Source of the DNA: an uncultured Pseudomonadota bacterium
Lineage (GTDB): Bacteria; Pseudomonadota; Alphaproteobacteria; Rs-D84
DNA length: 64,000 nt
Assembly (NCBI GenBank): GCA_902774285.1
Contig: CACYHO010000001.1
Location: 202,077-266,076 of the forward strand
Direction: 5' to 3'
Below, piece by piece: positions 56,804 through 64,000 of this stretch (position 1 is the stretch's first letter; each line of letters opens with the position of its first letter). The notes beneath the pieces are model-generated. The model was not told where the DNA came from, made no database searches, and saw nothing but the letters and a program-made list of their open reading frames with translations. Position numbers and translations under genes: made by a program.

Positions 56804-57599
56804 TTGGACATGCAGCTGTCATACCAATTACTTTTTGGACATCGGTATTTATTGGAACATTTATTTCGCGTTGCAGACCGTCAGTATATTTATATGTGAA
56901 TTTGGATAATTGAAATTTTGGAACGCTTTCGTACATATCAAGAAATGGTTGTAATAACGAATCAAACCATTGATAGTTTTTACATAAACATGCGTTGCGG
57001 ACATCTGCGACCATTTTGCCATCAACGGTTTTTGAATATTTTGATATGATGTCATTGTCGTCCATAACCAAGCAACGTTTAGTTATGGCGAAATAATTCG
57101 CATCATCTTTTAAAAATTCATATATTTCTTTATCGTCCGCACCATTTTGACGCATTTTATATAATATCCCAGCTGTGCAACATGCTTCACTGGCGTTCAT
57201 TAACATATGATATCTTTGAACCAGTGGTTTCATATATTCATCATTTGCAGAAACAGTTGGGTTTGATAATGCGATTTGTTCCATGTCCCATGCAACTTCA
57301 GAATTAATATGTGGCGCGCGTGGTGCAACAACTATCTTATAAGATGGTTTTTTATACCATACTGCACATTCTTCTGGTGTTTCAAAAGGACAATTATAAT
57401 CGTAATAACAAGTTTTTTCCGTTTCTGTGGCTGATACTGACGGGAATATCCAATTAACTTCGTATTGTGCCGGAACTAATATATCTGTTGATTCTTCGAA
57501 TACCAATTCACAATCTTCGCCAATACATTCAGATGCGCAAACATAATTTACATTTAACGCAAAGGCTAACATCGCCAAAAAAGATATTTTGTTTCTCAT
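56799..57599 (-). CDS. hypothetical secreted Cys-rich protein (266 aa)
   Basis: Start chosen at MRNKISFLAMLAFALNVNYVCA (signal peptide). 14 Cys including CIGEDC, CYYDYNC and EACC. Confidence 0.45.
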   Translation of the reverse strand: MRNKISFLAMLAFALNVNYVCASECIGEDCELVFEESTDILVPAQYEVNWIFPSVSATETEKTCYYDYNCPFETPEECAVWYKKPSYKIVVAPRAPHINSEVAWDMEQIALSNPTVSANDEYMKPLVQRYHMLMNASEACCTAGILYKMRQNGADDKEIYEFLKDDANYFAITKRCLVMDDNDIISKYSKTVDGKMVADVRNACLCKNYQWFDSLLQPFLDMYESVPKFQLSKFTYKYTDGLQREINVPINTDVQKVIGMTAACPK

Positions 57600-57836
57600 A
57601 ATTCTTAATTTTATCATAAAAAAGGTGTGTTTTAAACAAATATTTTTCAAAAAACACATAAATGTTTATATTTTTTTGTTCGATTCGGGGGCGAATCGGG
57701 ACGAACGAATCGTTTTTTTGATGTTTTTTGCAACTATATAAAAAATATTTTGAAAAAAATATATGGGATAAAATGCCGAATTTCTGCGATTTTTTAATTT
57801 TTTTACTTTTTTTGAAAATTATTTTTGAAAAATCGC

Positions 57837-57865
57837 TTGACTTTTAAGAAGTTCGCAATCATAAT
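57837..57865 (+). promoter_or_regulatory. candidate rRNA operon promoter (-35 TTGACT, 17 bp, -10 CATAAT) with upstream AT-rich UP-like tract
   Basis: Consensus-like hexamers ~325 nt upstream of 16S. Upstream 57780-57835 is A/T-rich with phased A-tracts. Confidence 0.5.
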
Positions 57866-58189
57866 AACCGGGCTTTCAAGTTGGCCCTCTGCAAATCTAC
57901 AAAAAGTCAACCCCTGAAATTTCGCGATTAGATCGCAACATTGTTAATAAAAGCAGCTCATCAAAATGATTTTTGATGTATTCAAAAATCTGTTCAAGAA
58001 GAGATATGCAGACAGTTGAATTTGGAATATCCAAACTTTGACTAAGTCAAATGTGCATATCCTAGACAGGTAGTAGGTTAAAATATAACCTCGTTAAAAA
58101 CTTGTCTTGCGAATATATATATGTAAAGACGAACTGATTAAAGTCAGCTTTGTTAAATGCACAGGACTTAAATTACAAGTTTTTTTTAG

Positions 58190-59693
<1,504 letters not shown>

Positions 59694-59804
59694 TAGAGAA
59701 AACCACTTACACGAAAGTGGTCACCCAAATACGACTGTCTGAATATCTCTTTTTGATGATTCTGGTATCAGCAGAACTAATGGCTTGAAATCAGAATATG
59801 TTAT

Positions 59805-59881
59805 GGGTCAGTAGTTCAGTTGGTTAGAATGTCGCTCTGATACAGCGAAGGTCGAAGATTCGAGTTCTTCCTGACCCACCA
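59805..59881 (+). tRNA. tRNA-Ile (anticodon GAT) in 16S-23S spacer
   Basis: GGGTCAGTAGTTCAGTTGGTTAGAATGTCGCTCTGATACAGCGAAGGTCGAAGATTCGAGTTCTTCCTGACCCACCA. Anticodon loop CTGATAC. Confidence 0.9.
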
Positions 59882-60185
59882 GTTTTTAAGATGAGGTTAG
59901 AATCAAAAATGATTGTTCATTTTTGATTCCAAATATTCCACGGAATATCCAATGGAATCTGCTTTTATAGCAAAATATTGTTAATCGGTTTTTATGTCGC
60001 AAGTTAAATCGAAAGATTTGATTTGTTGAACATCGTAATCTCAAAATATTCTTTCTGAAGAGTAATCACGAAAGTGATAATTCAATTCAAAGAAAGCAAG
60101 AATCAACTTAAATGCTTAAAAAACTCATTTCAAGTTTCTTTTAAGATTATCTTGAAGACATTCTCTTCAAGCATAAGATAAAAAG

Positions 60186-62920
<2,735 letters not shown>

Positions 62921-63024
62921 TTTTATCTTATCGTTTGATTATTTCAAACGATATGCTTGAAGAGAGTGTTAAAGATTCTTGACAATAGAAATTTTTAGAT
63001 TATTATATGTTCGCTAGATTTAAT

Positions 63025-63139
63025 TCTGGTGATTATAGAGCGGACGAAACCCTCTGTTCCATTCCGAACCAGACAGGGAAAAGCCGTATCGCCGATGGTA
63101 CTTTGACTTAAGTCACGGAAGAGTAGGTCGTCGCCAGAA
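63025..63139 (+). rRNA. rrf: 5S ribosomal RNA
   Basis: TCTGGTGATTATAGAGCGG...CCGAACCAGACAGGGAAAAGCCGTATCGCCGATGGTACT...GAGTAGGTCGTCGCCAGAAT. 5S-like helices with an extended flanking processing stem. Confidence 0.8.
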
Positions 63140-63167
63140 TTAAATCTAGATCGATATAAAAACCGTT

Positions 63168-63193
63168 TCAACCGCCCAAGTGGCGGTTTTTTA
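63168..63193 (+). terminator. rRNA operon terminator (AACCGCCCAAGTGGCGGTT + T-run)
   Basis: 7-bp GC stem then TTTTTTAAT. Confidence 0.6.
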
Positions 63194-63388
63194 ATGGAAA
63201 AAAGGAATTTTATTATGAATAAACATCTTGAAACTTTGGCTGTAGCGGTAGTTTGCACTGTTTTTGTTTTATCTATGCATCAAAGTTGTTCTGGTTCGTC
63301 AAAAAAATTTAATAAACAAGAAAAAATAGTTAAAGAATTGAAAAACGATACAATCAAAACTTTCAAATTAGAACAAAAGGTCAGATAA
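63194..63388 (+). CDS. hypothetical small protein (64 aa), doubtful
   Basis: Short ORF with hydrophobic N-terminus after the rRNA terminator. No motif. Confidence 0.2.
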   Translation: MEKRNFIMNKHLETLAVAVVCTVFVLSMHQSCSGSSKKFNKQEKIVKELKNDTIKTFKLEQKVR

Positions 63389-63392
63389 AAAA

Positions 63393-63635
63393 ATGAAATA
63401 CGATAAAACTGGCGACCCGTTAAAACCAACAAATTTAAAAGAATGGTTTCAAGAACATGCTAATGATATTGTTTATGGCGTATTAGCCTTGTCTGTTTTT
63501 GGTTTTGCTGCCCATAATAAAAGCAAACAAGAATCGACAATAACCACTGTAATACAAACAAAGCAACAAGTTTCTGAAACAAAACCTGTAAACACAGTAT
63601 TTTTTAATGATTCGCTTCAATCGCGTATCAGGTAA
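63393..63635 (+). CDS. hypothetical small membrane protein (80 aa), doubtful
   Basis: One predicted TM helix (IVYGVLALSVFGFAAH). No motif. Confidence 0.25.
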   Translation: MKYDKTGDPLKPTNLKEWFQEHANDIVYGVLALSVFGFAAHNKSKQESTITTVIQTKQQVSETKPVNTVFFNDSLQSRIR

Positions 63636-63703
63636 AATTCAAAAAAGTTGACTTTGTTATATTTTGTGTAAAAATATCCGCGATAAAAATAAAGGGTTTT
63701 GAT

Positions 63704-64000
63704 ATGTCAGAAAAAATCACTTTTCCAGATGATTGGTCAAAATTATCAGATGAACAAGTATTGGGAAATATACAATATTTACAAAAAAATTATAAAAAAT
63801 ATAAAATATCCAAACCTGATGATAAACATATCAAAATGGATAACATTGTAATTTGTCGTGATAATGAAAGTACTGTCGCAAACAGTCGTATTTGTTTCAC
63901 AATTAATAATAAAACGTATTATCGTAACGAAGAAAATGGTAAAGAATTAATTGATTTGATACATCTTTGCAAGATGCATATGTTGCCTTTTAAAGATAAA
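63704..64000 (+). CDS. hypothetical protein, 5' part (continues beyond window end)
   Basis: ATG at 63704 (MSEKITFPDDWSKLSDEQ...) is open to the window end. Not in the ORF track because no stop is present. Confidence 0.3.
   Translation, partial: MSEKITFPDDWSKLSDEQVLGNIQYLQKNYKKYKISKPDDKHIKMDNIVICRDNESTVANSRICFTINNKTYYRNEENGKELIDLIHLCKMHMLPFKDK

Noticed and set aside
57660-57836. AT-rich tract with short direct repeats (GATTCGGG/GAATCGGG, TTTTGAAAAA) upstream of the rRNA promoter, considered as a repeat element or small gene
   Set aside because: No ORF or RNA structure is present. Position and composition fit UP-element and FIS-type upstream activating sequences of an rRNA promoter.
63008-63156. 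Inverted repeat flanking 5S rRNA (GCTAGATTTAATTCTGG ... CCAGAATTAAATCTAGATC), considered as a possible mobile-element terminal repeat
   Set aside because: It is the extended helix-I/processing stem of the 5S precursor, which is expected for rRNA maturation and is not an insertion sequence.

Overview
This 64 kb window is an AT-rich bacterial chromosome segment, and its gene content points to a genome-reduced alphaproteobacterium. The evidence for that is an SspB-alpha-type protein, a DUF4167-like protein, a parS site next to parAB, an lptD/surA-like cluster, and a complete 16S-tRNA(Ile)-23S-5S rRNA operon at 58.2-63.1 kb. About 60 protein genes are supportable.

Most of them are housekeeping genes:
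- fatty-acid synthesis and cell shape: fabG, fabD, accB, accC, mreB
- translation and RNA: rnpA/yidD, rpsO, truB, infC, rlmN, nusA-infB, pnp, rluD
- DNA maintenance: recF, mutS, xseB, dnaX, ybaB
- partitioning: rsmG-parA-parB with a near-consensus parS
- envelope: lptD, an lptF/G-family permease, lpxD, pal, ompH
- a complete TolC/HlyD/MacB-like ABC efflux set

Four tRNAs are present: Val-GAC, Cys-GCA, Val-TAC, Ile-GAT. Rho-independent terminators fall into two stereotyped GC-hairpin families. Conserved operons are scrambled: rpsO is not next to pnp, ompH not next to lpxD, dnaX not next to ybaB.

Between the housekeeping blocks sit lineage-specific genes for secreted or surface proteins. These are the best candidates for an undescribed system:
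1. A translationally coupled trio of large (401-459 aa) paralogous proteins with prepilin/TadE-like N-termini at 46.3-50.2 kb. A canonical small type IV pilin lies 2 kb upstream. No assembly ATPase, secretin, or peptidase is in the window.
2. A paralogous family of signal-peptide, coiled-coil, glycine-zipper proteins at 28.2-30.1 and 41.1-41.9 kb.
3. A 1098-aa secreted protein (52.3-55.6 kb) built from repeated 6-Cys modules. It has C-terminal glycine-zipper segments and sits beside other Cys-rich secreted ORFs.

Also notable:
- an ORF with atypical codon usage next to an 88-nt nested palindrome
- an orphan TrpF-like gene
- a stand-alone radical-SAM gene
- a UDG-like protein with an N-terminal extension

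No CRISPR array, IS element, or prophage signal was seen. All functional calls are from reading the translations by eye. No database search was run.
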